Origin: Novakomyces olei
Lineage: Eukaryota
Reading direction: 5' to 3'
Length of the DNA stretch: 64,000 nt
Assembly (NCBI GenBank): GCA_016906335.1
Contig: JADEYG010000002.1
Coordinates: 248,001-312,000 of the forward strand
The position numbers were made by a program, and so were the translations under genes. Positions 23,964-36,319 of this stretch are shown in pieces. The notes under the pieces were generated by a model. It was not told the DNA's origin. It saw only the letters and a program-made list of their open reading frames with translations, and ran no database searches. How positions within the stretch are numbered: position 1 is the stretch's first letter; the number at the start of each line of letters is the position of its first letter.

Positions 23964-24428
23964 AGTCAGAGACAAGCTAATTACTGAGAATTCACTGGTG
24001 TACAATTTAAATTATTATTATTATTTATTATACTAGCGTATACTTTGTTGTGTTGAAAAGGCAAAGCGCATATTTATAGGACTAAACTATATTAACCATT
24101 CATGACAGATTTAATATGGAGAACGCTAGTTAAGTGTACATTCGGCACAGGCAGCCAGAAGGGAGATGCCGCACTATTGCCATATCTCCACGGCTCACAC
24201 GATTGTTTACACAAAGCAAAAAATAACACATTTAAGGCAGACTTGGAGTGCAGTACGCACAAATATTCATACAAATTTACGCTTGAATCTATATAGCTCT
24301 CTACACCAGCAAACACGGAGTATAAATCATTATTGTAATGCTTCAATTGTTGCATGTCAGCCCCATCCACGTACAAACATCGCGTACTATACGCGTATAT
24401 GAATATAGAGCATCCCCAGGTTGTATAT

Positions 24429-24947
24429 TTACTTCAGCGGAATGAAACGTGAAGAGTGTGTAGCACCGATACCAGGGCGACCGTGCTTCACGGGCTGGTA
24501 CGAGATGGAGAACTCACCGAGGTAATGGCCAACCATCTCAGCACGGACTTCGACCTGGTTGAAAACCTTTCCGTTGTAGATTGCAATCACACTGCCAATC
24601 ATCTCGGGCAGTACAATCATGTCACGCAAGTGGGTCTTGACAGGAGCAGGCTTCTCGTTAGGCTTAGCCTCAGCCTTGGCCTTGCGCAATTTCTTAATCA
24701 AACCCATCGGGCGGCGCTTAAGACCACGCTGGAACCGTCTGCGGGCACGCGCATGCACTGTCTGCGCCAACTCCTCCGGACTCAAATCCAAGAGCTGTTC
24801 AATCTCGATGCCCCGGTAAGAAAACTTACGGAAGCTGCGCTTCTTCTTCATCTCCTCCGCGCGCACGGCCTCTTCATACTCGTTGTTGTCCACGTCAGCT
24901 GCAATTCATTAGCGCTTTGTCTGTCACGCGAGTCTTGACTTACACAT
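24429..24947 (-). CDS. RPS15: 40S ribosomal protein uS19 (S15)
   Basis: ATG T|intron 24899-24943|CT GAC gives MSDVDNNEY...[12 protein letters not shown]...[10 protein letters not shown]...HSSRFIPLK. Confidence 0.97.
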
Positions 24948-25013
24948 AGTGCCGATTGTGCTATATTGCTAGTGTCCGGGTTGTTTGTGCTCATCCTTTT
25001 GTTGTTGGTGATG

Positions 25014-25043
25014 TATGACTGCCATAGGGTAGGGTTATGACTG
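25014..25043 (-). promoter_or_regulatory. Homol D-like / Homol E / Homol D-like promoter element
   Basis: Minus strand CAGTCATA-ACCCTACCCT-ATGG-CAGTCATA upstream of RPS15. Confidence 0.8.
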
Positions 25044-25299
25044 TCTAACATATTGTAATTATGCCTACAAGGGTATAATGGAAAAAGCGCCTTTGCATTT
25101 TATATATGTAATTTAAGCAGTATTACTGATCAGCCAGACGAGTAGTTTTGAGATATACTCTAATCATGAGCAAGTAAACTTGTGTGCAGCAGCAAAAGTA
25201 GTAGTAATAATTATTATTTATTATAATTATTGTAATAATTATAATATGTGGCCGATAAGGACGTTGTACCGAATTTGCCCATGCTGGTAGCTGTAAATC

Positions 25300-26479
25300 A
25301 TGGAGGAGGAGCTCAGTTTCTTGGCATATGTAGGCAACAATGCCTCAACATGTGGCTACTGCCACTCGGTTGAGGACACATCACACACTTTCGGCCTCTG
25401 GGCTTATTCAATCACACCAGCAGTATGCCTTTTTATTAATTTTTGACTATGACATAATATGCTAAACTGCACAAAGTTTTACAAACGGCTTATAGACCGA
25501 GGCTGGCGGAGGTCTGGCTGCTACTTGTATCAGCCCCAACTAACGCGTTCGTGCTGTCGGCAGTATGCTATCAGACTGGATGCTCCAGCTTTCAAGCCCG
25601 ACAGGCATTGTCGTAATGCTCTAAACAGGTTCAACGCGTCTCTTGTCGGTCCCGAGCACGTTTACAAGGCCGATAAAAAGGGCTACAGCCTGGAGCGCGC
25701 TGTTGAATGCGCTAAAACGCAACAAACACTTTTACAATTGTCTGTGACGTTGGTTCCGGCAGAAGCGACTGAGGAGAAATATATATTATTCAAAAGTTAC
25801 CAGACACGCGTCCATCACGAAACAGAAGACGAGGTTACGATGCGAAGCTTTAAGCGGTTTTTATGCAACTCGCCGTTGAGTACTGATAACAAGTATGGCT
25901 CTTTTCATCAGGAATACCGGGTAGACGGGCAGCTAATAGCTGTGGGTGTCCTGGATATTCTACCCAATGCCCTATCTTCTGTTTACTTTTTTTATGATTT
26001 TGAAAATTGGGGCAAGTTTTCCATGGGCCGGATCAGTGCGTGCTATGAGATTGTACTCGCAAAACAGCTTGGACTGCAATGGTATTATATGGGTAAGATT
26101 TGGTGGCAGTTTTGCCATTCAACGAAATGTACTGATCAATGCAGGATTATACATTTACTCTTGTCGAAAGATGAGGTACAAGGGTGAATACAGTCCGAGC
26201 CAGCTACTTGACCCGGAGAGCTATGTATGGCAACCAATCGAACGGTTTACCGACGTGTGGAAAAATCACGATTGTTATCTATCATTCGATGGTTCTGGAA
26301 GAGAAATCGACAAGAACGATTTGCAAAGTCGTGCGGAAATGGTACTGGTGGTGATTGGAAAGCAAGCTTTTCCGGCAAAGCTAGTCTTCTCGTTGGCTCC
26401 AGAGTTGGAAGGTAAAATAAGAGAGACCCTTGAGCATACTGGGCTGGATGCAGCACGGGAAATTGCGTTATGTATATAA
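25300..26479 (+). CDS. ATE1: Arginyl-tRNA--protein transferase
   Basis: CGYC, LIDRGWRRSG.YLY, CCRQYAIRL, GSFHQEYR, LSSVYFFYD, YYMG|LYIYSCRKMRYKGEY. Two introns. Confidence 0.95.
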
Positions 26480-26662
26480 GCATCTATGAGACAACATTTA
26501 TAGGTGTAAACAAACACTCACGGCGCTAGACTGCTATTCCAAAGTCCTGCAAGGTTTTTAATATGAAGATGGTTGCAAGTATGTAGTTTAAGCGTATTAT
26601 TATTTTAGTGCATGTCAAGGGCAGTATTTAAAGGCAGTATCCAGGCAAGACCGGGTATGGCT

Positions 26663-27160
26663 CTAGTCAACGCTGAGGTCGACGGGGAAAGTGCCATTGT
26701 CACGCTGTTCATCCCACTTGTCGATCCATGAGGCAGGGCACAGAGACTGTTTTCAAGGTTAGACGTATAGCAGGAAAGGTACTAATTTTACCCTAGCAGC
26801 ACGCCAAAACTGCTGGCACGGCTGGAACTCTTCTCCCTTGGCCAGAATGCACTTGTGGTAATCAATATAGTTTTGGAAGCAGTCTGCCGATATGTTAAAT
26901 ATTAAGGGAGCCGAAAAATAACAGAGTAATAGAAAAAGACAATTGTAGAATTTGAGCATACGCTTTGTCTGGTTGGTGTGCGGGAACCGGGCGTCAAATC
27001 CGGCTGGAAAAAGATTAGTACAATTGCTTCAATGGATCAATCGTTGGTGGCTCGCTGAGTTCTGCCTCGGAAACGGCATCTAACGGCACTTCGGAAGTAA
27101 CAGGAACGTACCCGTCGTAAATGTGATCGGACGCACTTGAACGTCTTCAGCTTCAGACAT
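26663..27160 (-). CDS. COX12: Cytochrome c oxidase subunit 6B
   Basis: Four exons give GFDARFPHTNQTK, CFQNYIDYHKCILAKGEEFQPC and SLCPASWIDKWDEQRDNGTFP. Confidence 0.95.
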
Positions 27161-27706
27161 TGCGGGACTCGGCGATTGGATTAAAAGGTGAGGATCACGC
27201 AATGGTTGGCAATGGGGCAAACAGGTAAAGGGCCTTTTGCGGCTAAAGGATCGTGGTGTGTTTTAGTCTCAGCGTAATTTAATTGGCCTGGCTTCTAGGT
27301 AGGGTTTTCATGGTCGAGCTGGATACCAATAGCGAGGATTGAGTATGTCTGTACCATACGAAAAAGCGAATAAATTAATTACTGTAGCGAAATAAGTGAT
27401 ACTCTCATATAAATATATTTATTGTATGCCACAAATTTGTATACTAAATTCGATCCTGATAATATAATCACCCATACATTAACAATATCCATACATTAAT
27501 GTTACTCCACAAATACGATTCATAATACTACTTGTATTAGGATAATATTTGTAACGTTATAGGCTCATTCGTACGTGCAAACTCATAAAAGATTGAGACC
27601 GATAGTTTGCAAGTTTCTTTGATTTTGCGAGTACCTTTGACTTTGAAAATACCTTTGACTTTGTCAATTTGGCGTTGTCAAGGCTTTGGATAACGGACAA
27701 TCAAGA

Positions 27707-29356
27707 ATGCAGGTAATTGGTATGAAATAGTCGCTAGTCTAACAGTATGAACAGATCACGATCCAGCCTAGTCTGGAGGATGTGACTGCCCTGATTGAGA
27801 ATGCGAACGACGACGCGTCTCCGGGACGGCCATCAATGGTGCCCGTCTATGCCACACTTTCATCAGACACGGTCACTGTAACTTCAGCTTACCTCAAACT
27901 GGCTGAAGGCAGCACGTATTCCTTTCTACTGGAGTCTGTTACTGGCGGCGAGCAACTCGGCCGTTTCAGTTATTTCGGAGCTAATCCTCTGCGAGTTGTG
28001 AAGACGGGCCCTGAACATGGCGATGAGGTTGATCCCCTAATTGATTTGGAAGCTGAACTGCAAGAAAGCCGAGCTTTCAGTGACCCTAATTTGCCTCCTT
28101 TTACGGGTGGCGCGGTGGGCTATATAGGCTACGATTGCATTCGGTATTTTGAACCAAAGTCACGGCAAACAGAGTTGAAAAATGTCGTTGGTCTACCAGA
28201 ATCGTGTCTTATGTACTTTGACAGTATTGTGGCCATGGACAATATCTATCAAACAACAAAAGTTATTAGCCATATGTATGTGCCAGAGAATTCGGCAGAT
28301 ACCACCACCGAAAAAGCCGGGCAAGAAGTAGACGGCGCTGAAGAAGATACCAGACACTGCCGAGAAGCAATTGTGGCTGCGTACCAGAAGGCTGTGGATA
28401 AAGTAAAAGGGATGTGTGAAAAGCTCCAACAACAAAATGTCCCCCTGCCTGTACAAAAACCGATCGACTTGAACCAAACTCACGAGTTTGAGAGCAATAT
28501 AGGTCGTGAAGGTTACAAATCTTTTGTTCGACAATTGAAGCAGCACATTCACGATGGTGATATTATTCAAGCAGTTCCATCGCAAAGAATAGCTCGGCCA
28601 TCTGCCTTACACCCCTTTAATCTATATAGACATCTCCGCTCGATCAACCCAAGTCCCTATATGTTTTATATCAACTGTGGGGACGAGTTCCAGGTCGTTG
28701 GTGCGAGTCCTGAGCTCCTTGTTAAATCCGACCCGGAGCCTGTAAGCAAACAGGTACGGATTGTTACTCACCCAATCGCCGGGACAATTCGGAGAGGCGA
28801 GACTCGAGCAGTGGACGATCAATTGGCCAATGAGCTTTTGAACTCAACAAAAGACCGAGCTGAGCATGTAATGCTGGTTGATTTGGCGCGTAACGACGTG
28901 AACCGCGTCTGCCAGCCACACACAACTACAGTTGACCGATTAATGGCCGTCGAACGGTTTTCTCACGTCATGCATCTTGTTTCTGAAGTGTCGGGGTATT
29001 TACGGGAGGGAAAAACCCGCTTTGATGCATTTCGTAGCATATTCCCTGCTGGAACTGTTAGTGGAGCTCCTAAAGTAAAAGCAATGGAGTTAATAGGGAG
29101 GTTGGAAAAAGAGATGCGGGGCATTTATGCCGGTGCTGTCGGCCGTTGGTCTTTTGCCAGTGAAAGCATGGACACGTGCATTGCTTTACGTACGATGGTT
29201 TGTAAAGACCAAGTTATTTATTTGCAAGCTGGTGGAGGGATCGTGTTTGACTCAGACGAGGATGAAGAGTACATTGAAACAATAAATAAGCTCAAAGGGA
29301 ACGTGACGGCTATTGGCGCGGCCGAAAAGTTTTATGCTAGTCATTCTAATGCTTGA
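27707..29356 (+). CDS. TRP2: Anthranilate synthase component I
   Basis: ATGCAG|intron 27713-27754|, then FLLESV, PFTGGAVG, NPSPYMFY, GASPELL, PIAGT, EHVMLVDLARND, QAGGGIV. Confidence 0.96.
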
Positions 29357-30140
29357 AAGTCGTGCTGTATCTTTCTCTTTTTTTAAAACAAAGGCTCGAA
29401 TTATAAGAGCTGAAGGAGAAAAGAGACTGGCAAGGGGGCGCAATGTCGTCATACTTGTTTGTTTGTCTGGTATAAAATCTGATGCTTCTAGAACGAATGT
29501 GATGCGTCTAGAACAATGATCTCATCTTTAAACAGTTTCAACGCTAACACGGAAGGTGTATTCTTGCTGAGAATGGCAAAATACCTATGAGAGAAGTCGA
29601 GCTTTAGACTACTGTGAAGGCTTTTATTTAAATATCCTCGAGACGATTCAGGCCTGCTTTCGTCTTTTGCAGGCTTATTTCCATCGTAATAACACGAACT
29701 GGTGCATAATTAAGCCAATGTTTATTATTACCAAGACTCTGATTTTTTGTTTCAATAAAAGTGTTTGTCTTACATTATACAAAATCTATTTTGCCTTCTA
29801 TCCTTTCCTGGTTTAGTTTATATTTATTCTCTCCGTTATCGCACGCGTGTGTTTTAGCGCCCAAAACATCAGACGTTTCGAGTAGCGCGATTCACCGCCC
29901 AAGGCTTGCGCAAAAAAAAACCCGGCGCTTTGTTTCTCGGATTTCCGGTCGATTAATCACATCACTTGTAGCCGTGTCGGATGTTTTTTTAGACCACTAG
30001 AAATCAACATTCCCACGCTAAAAATCGTGTTTTTGCAAAGACTGACTAGCATATTTGTATGGTACATATAAGCGGCGCAATGGCTTCCTGCAATGTACAG
30101 CTGCTAATCTTTCTTTGTTTGCATCAAACTTCTTTTCCAG

Positions 30141-32013
30141 ATGGCCGCCAAGGATGAAGGCCACGGATTAGAGCGAGTCAAGCATATCGACTCGCACGTT
30201 TTTCCCACCTGCCCGGAGCGTGAGCCAAAGGAGGTCAATTCGAATTCGACTGCTCTTCAAGATGAGTCTCAAGCAATTGGCCAGCCTGAGGGCAAGTCGC
30301 TTGGTGTCTTGAGGATTGAGGCTATTACTGCATGCTGGAGCCGAAATGAAAAAATTGGACTAATGCTGGTAATCTGGTTGTTTTCATGGGTCTTTTGTTT
30401 GGATAGGTACACGCGGAGTGCTTTGCAGGTAATTTGTATTATAGCAAATATGAAATTGGGAACCATACTTTTCTTTCCCTCTCTGTCTTTCTTTCGTATT
30501 CTAACATTAGGCGCACGCCACTGCAAACTTCAAGTCTATCTCGCTTACGTCTACGGTAAATGTTCTGAGGGCCGTTGTTGCAGTAGCAGCGCACCCAACG
30601 TTTGCCAGTATGACGAACGTCTTTGGCCGGGCAGAATTGATTATCGTCTCGATGATTCTGTTTGCGATTGGCACCGCCGTTCAGTCCCAATCTCGCAATA
30701 TCCCACAGTTCCTTGGCGGCACTGTCCTCTACCAGTTTGGAAGCAACGGTCTATGGCTCTTGCTCCAAGTTCTTGTAGCCGATGTGTCAACGTTACAGTA
30801 CCGGCTGCTGTGCAGTTTTGTCCCCGTAACTCCCTACGTCTTCCTGGCCTGGATCAGCAGTTACTATGTAAATGCCTGGGCCCAAAAATGGTGGTGGGGT
30901 ATCGGCCTTTTCGGTATTGTTATGCCAGTGGCAGCCATCCCAACGCTATCCTTTGTCTTTGTGGCTCAGCGTCGCGCTCGGCGCCGCGGCTTGCTTTCCC
31001 AATTCCAATCGCCGATGGGAGAGTTTGGCGGAAAAAGTCTGGCGGCCAAAATCTTTTGGCAGCTGGACGTTGTGGGCATAGTCTTACTTGTTGTTACATT
31101 AACCTTAACCCTAATGCCCTTGACCCTTGCTGGGGGTAGTGGACCGAAATGGCGGACTGCTCGTGTCATTGTGCCGCTGGCATTAGGCATCCTGTTCTGC
31201 CCTGTCTTTGTTGTGTGGGAGCTGAAAGCAGCCAAGAATCCTTTTATTCCCATCGGTTTAATGGCAAAGCGAACAGTCTGGGCAACCATGCTACTCGTTC
31301 TTTTTTTCGATTTTGCCTGGTACTTGCAGGGTGATTACTTGTACCCTGTCCTGGTAGTCGGGTTCCATCAGTCCATTGTCTCTGCTACCCGAATCGGCTT
31401 CATTTTCACCTGTGTTTCCACCCTGACCGGTTTCGCATTAGGGCTACTTGCCGTTGTTGTTCGACGCTTAAAATGGTTTGCCGTTACTGGAACAACTCTC
31501 TGGCTCGTGGCTTTTACGCTACTTGTACACTATCGCTCAGGCACAGGGTCTATTCCCGGGGTCATTGCCGGTGAATTTTTGCTCGGTTTCGGAGCGGGAC
31601 TGTTTACAATCCCCGCTCAGACTCTTTTACAGGCTGCTGTAAGCCATAATTACACGGCTATTGTGACCGCAGCTTACATGTGCTTTTTTAGCATTGGCTC
31701 CGCCCTGGGCTCTGCTGTTTCCGGTGCCATTTGGACACAGACACTGCACAAGAAGCTAGTGTGTCATTTGGAATCTGCTGATTTAGCTTCGAGAGTGTAT
31801 GGGGATCCATTCGCTTTTGTCCAGCAGTTTCCTTCTGCCACGTCTCCAGAGCGTATAGCAGTTGCCAATGCCTATGGAGAAGTACAAAAGATCCTATGCG
31901 TCACTGGCTTATGCTTGGTTTTGCCAGTGGTAGCAGCGGCTCTGCTGCTACATAACCCTTACTTGGAAGCCCGCCAGTCGCTGGCGACGGTAGAGGAACA
32001 GGAGGACCTGTAG
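30141..32013 (+). CDS. SIT/ARN family siderophore-iron MFS transporter
   Basis: GVLRIEAI, FGRAEL, FWQLDVVG, YLQGDYLY, GSALGSAVSGAIWTQ, YGDPFAF. One intron at about 30429-30510. Confidence 0.88.
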
Positions 32014-32137
32014 CGGTATACAATAGGATATAGCGTAATAGACTAGTAGAAATAATGTGAATTTGGCTTACGCGTCTTGTGCCAGTATTACCTGTATGTT
32101 TGCAGCTGCCAAACCGTGATTGTGAGCCAGTCTAATA

Positions 32138-32293
32138 TTTATTATCATTAATTATATTTATTTTTACTTTTATTGTTATTATTATTATTATTAATTATTA
32201 TTATTATTTTTATTATTATTATTTTTATTATTATTATTTTTATTATTATTATTTTATTTATTTATTATTATTATTTTTTGTTGTATATTTTTA
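32138..32293. repeat. Nearly pure A/T low-complexity (TTA/TTTTTA) tract
   Basis: Directly visible upstream of the helicase gene. Confidence 0.9.
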
Positions 32294-32332
32294 TTGTTTT
32301 CAAGTTTTAATTTTAATTATTCATGTCAATAT

Positions 32333-33595
32333 ATGAAACGTTCGCTGGGCAACGGGCTGAGTCTGGACCATAGCGCATGGTCGTTGCCGCCAGAACTCGT
32401 TGCCGCCATTTGCGGCACTGGCGTCCGCCAGTTTTATCCTTGGCAGGCGCAATGCTTAAAAATTGCAAAAGAAGCGGTACCAAGTTCGACGTGTACATCA
32501 ACGAGCGTAGCCAGCACTGGCAATTTGGTGTACACCGCGCCAACGTCGGGCGGAAAATCATTGGTGGCCGATGTCCTTGTGCTTCAGCATTTACTACAAA
32601 ACCCTAATAGAAAGGCAATTTACGTTATGCCCTACGTGTCGCTGGCCAACGAAAAAGCGCGTACACTTCGCGAACTGGCACGCGTGCTGCCACGGCAACC
32701 GCCCATTGTTGTGGCAGCGCATTATGGCGGCGCTCTGTTTACTCCGTCCTGGACGAATACTGCGATTGCCGTGTGCACTATTGAAAAGGCAAACACGCTG
32801 CTGAATACTTTAATTGCCGAGGGCAGTGCCGACAGCGTTGCTTACTTGGTAGTGGACGAACTGCACTTTGTAGCGGATCCGAACCGCGGCTTCCTGCTCG
32901 AATGTTTGCTGGCCAAGGCAATGGTCTTGACTAGTATTGGTACAAGTACTAGTATTGGTACTAGTGTTGGTACTAGAGCTAATCATAGTGCTAGTAATAG
33001 TGCTAGTAATAGTGCTAGTAATAGTGCTAGTAATAGTGCTAGTAATAGTGCTAGTAATAGTGCTAGTAATAGTGCTAGTAATAGTGTCCAGAGTGCTGGC
33101 ACAAACTCTGGCCCTACTATAATTGGCATGACGGCCACTGTGAACCGGTCATCTCTGCGGCAGATAGCTGATTGGCTACAAGCGCGCCTTTATATTAGTG
33201 ACGTAAGACCAGTTCCTCTGTTTCAGTTTATTGTGTGTAACAGCGTGGTCGAGTCACTTGACGCGCCCGCTGCGCGTCGGCAATTGCCATTGCCGCCGGT
33301 AGTTGAGCAGAAGAAACTGCCTTGGCCCGCTGACTGGCCCGCCGACTGGCCGCCTGTTTGCTTGGCTCTAGAAGCATCGGGGAAAGGTGATGCCTGTATC
33401 GTATTTGCTCCGACACGTAAAGCAGCTGAGCGATTGGCTCATACTATCGCTATGTTCTCTGCGAAAACTGGTCAGGGTGAGCTTGCAGTGCAACAGTTAC
33501 GGATAGAATGTTTTAATCAGCAGCAAAACTTGGAGAGCTCTGTGCGTGCGGGTGTTGCTTTTCATCACGCCGGTTTATCATTAGAAGAGTACGAT

Positions 33596-33650
<55 letters not shown>

Positions 33651-35390
33651 TTCTGTTTTTGTTAATCTAAATTGCAGGCGAAATGTATTAGAGCTCGCCT
33701 TTGACCAATCATGGCTCAAGGTACTGGTTGCTACACCAACTCTAGCAGTCGGCGTCAATTTACCAGCACGTCGAGTCATTTTCAGCCGCGAATTCATCAG
33801 CAATTCAATGATCGACACGGCACGTTATCGGCAAATGGCAGGGCGAGCTGGTCGGAAAGGCAGAGATGTAAAGGGAGAAAGCTTCATGTGCTGTGGCGAA
33901 AACAATTACGCTCAATTGAAAATGGTAATGGCAGCCGAGTGTCCGGCTGTGGGGAGTGTGATGCCGTCTCATACTGATTCTGTAGAGTGGAAGAGGTGTG
34001 TATTATGTTATCTATATATAAGGTTTACAATTTTCACAACTTTTACAATTTATAATTCCTCTTGTGCTAACCGCAGATTGCTTCTTGAAGCAGTAGCAAT
34101 AAATTTGCCCCCTGATCTGGTGTGCCGGCACACTCTGTATGCACACTCCAACGGGTAAGGTAAAGTCGTGAGTTTAAAATTTAATTAAATTAGGGACCAA
34201 ACCTTGTACGGAATACTGCAGAAAGGCTTAACGGCTCTCTGTGGAGCTGGCCTGCTTGAAACCCGGGACGGATACAATATTACACTTCTCGGCAAAGCGG
34301 TCGTAAAATCTGGGCTCAGCCAGGAAGAAGGCTGTTTTATTTACGACGAGATTTCGCGTAGTATTCGGCAATTCAATCTTGCTGATGATTTGGTAAGAAT
34401 TGCATTTGATTCTTTTGCTGATCACCGATTGAAGCACTTTTTGTATCATGTTACTCCTGTGTATGTTGTAGTGTCAATCAGCTGGAAACAGCTTATGAGT
34501 CAATTCGTCAGCCTCTCTGAGTCGGAGCAGATGACGGCTGTTTCCCTGGGGATTAATCCGGGGCACCTGGCTCAATGCACATTGGCAAAGGCGAGGATAG
34601 ATGTATGATAATATATCATGTTGTGGAACATAAGAACAAAATAGTTTGAATATTTTTAATTTTTGCTTTATTTCATTTGAAACGCTTTTCATAACTCTAA
34701 CATTAGCCCACGCGGATCTATCAACGATTCTACGTAGCTCTCATTTTACGAGCCTTGGTTGGAGGCGTGAATGCTCAGCAAATTTGTGCTGATTTCGAGA
34801 TAGAGCCAGGCCAATTGCAAGCCATACAGACACAAACGACCTCGTTCGCGGCAACAATAGTAAACTTTTCCCAGCAGTTACAATGGAAAGCGTTTGCTGT
34901 GGTAATTGAAAGCTTCAAGGAGCAAGTTTGTTTTGGTACGTAGTACGCATAATGCGCACATTAATTATCTATTTCCTTTTGAAATAGAAGGTTTTTTTCT
35001 GGGTTTTGGAGCCTTGCTGTGTTTCAAAATTTTTCAATCCACTCTTTTCATTATTTTTGAATTTGCATTGTCATCAATCACATTTGATAAATTTATATGA
35101 TGCTGACATGAAAAGGCGTGCGAGCGGAGCTGCTGAGTATAACTAAAATGTTCAATTTAAAAGGTGCAGAAGCTTCCGCGCTTTGGGAAAACGGTGTACG
35201 TAGTGCGGATGATGTAGTGGATGTGCCAGCGAGTAAAATTCGTGATATTTTGCTGTGCCTTTACCCTTCCAAAAGCCTCAATGAAAAGGAATTAAGTCTG
35301 AGAGCGCTAATTGCTGATAAAAAGACACAAAAACTGCGCCGAATTGCTCAAAGGTATAGGGAGGAACAGGAACTATTTCAGGACGAATAA
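32333..35390 (+). CDS. HELQ/Pol-theta-type Ski2-like DNA helicase (no polymerase domain)
   Basis: FYPWQAQCL, APTSGGKSLVA, VCTIEKAN, VVDELH, RGFLLE, GMTAT, GVAFHHAGL, TLAVGVNLPARRVI, QMAGRAGRKG, ITLLGKA, HFLYHVTP. About six introns. Confidence 0.88.
32987..33082 (+). repeat. Coding 12-bp minisatellite (AGTGCTAGTAAT) x8 encoding (SASN)8
   Basis: Perfect in-frame tandem copies between helicase motifs II and III. Confidence 0.95.
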
Positions 35391-35645
35391 TGTGTAATAT
35401 AGTGTATATAGGATTCACATGGATGGGACCTTTTTGTAGTTTGGTAGTTTTAAAAACTTTAAAGCTGTAAATTGGATGAAATTAGAAGCTAAAATATAAA
35501 CAGCATTGCAAAATAATATCACCACTTTTTTGATCCAACGTGTAATTGAACGGCTGATCCAGCTTTGACAAGTCTATATTTCAAAGACCATTCGCCATAT
35601 TTAAATATAGCCCAAACACATGATAAAAACCTTGTAATGCCGGGG

Positions 35646-36135
35646 TTATAAGTCTTGCTCTGGCGCCTCGTATTCTGCTTGCTCCCACACTATATAATTA
35701 GAAACTGGGCTCTGACGTATGTGTATTCTGCACTTACGAGGCTTGTTGGGATCTATGTCGCTCTGCAATTGACTCGGTTGAGCCTGTGTCGCCCGTATCA
35801 CTCTTCCAAAAAGCTCTGCTTGATCCATATTCTCAATGGCTTCCTTTGCATCACCAGCTTGCTCAAACTCAATAAAGGCATCAGAATTTTGACGTGACGT
35901 ATTGCTATCGCCTTCGCCCGAAGCTGACGGCATCCAGACGCGAATAATCTCTCCAAAAGTTACAAAGGCATCGACAATTGTATTTTCACGGACACGCGAC
36001 GCTAATCCCGCTGTCAATTAATACACTGAAACAAGTCTAATAAAAATGAATAAATAAGTGAATAAAAGGCGACAAAGGTTAGGTTCAGTCCCTACACACG
36101 TGCACTGTTCTACGTGCCGTACTATCGTCCATCAT
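35646..36135 (-). CDS. PPIE/Cyp33-like single-RRM protein without a cyclophilin domain
   Basis: RTVHVSGLAS...AFVTFGEI...AFIEFEQAGDAKEAIENMDQAELFGRVI...PLWEQ. Two introns. Confidence 0.8.
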
Positions 36136-36319
36136 TAATGGTGCAGATGGCCTATTATCGCATAGCGTATGAATTTATTCTCGATTTATATCATTTATTT
36201 GTTAATCAGTATTTCATATATTTTTTCAATTTATTCATTTTCTAATTTATATATCTTCTAATTTGTATATTTTTCAATTTGTATACTATATATTTTTTAT
36301 TTATCACTTTCATTTATTG

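Noticed and set aside
24848-25051. Upstream ATG at 24994 as the RPS15 start
   Set aside because: Out of frame with the spliced RPS15; the ATG at 24947 plus the 45-nt intron gives the correct frame.
29400-30140. Iron-responsive GATA sites upstream of the siderophore transporter
   Set aside because: No ATCWGATAA seen, only isolated short GATA matches expected by chance.
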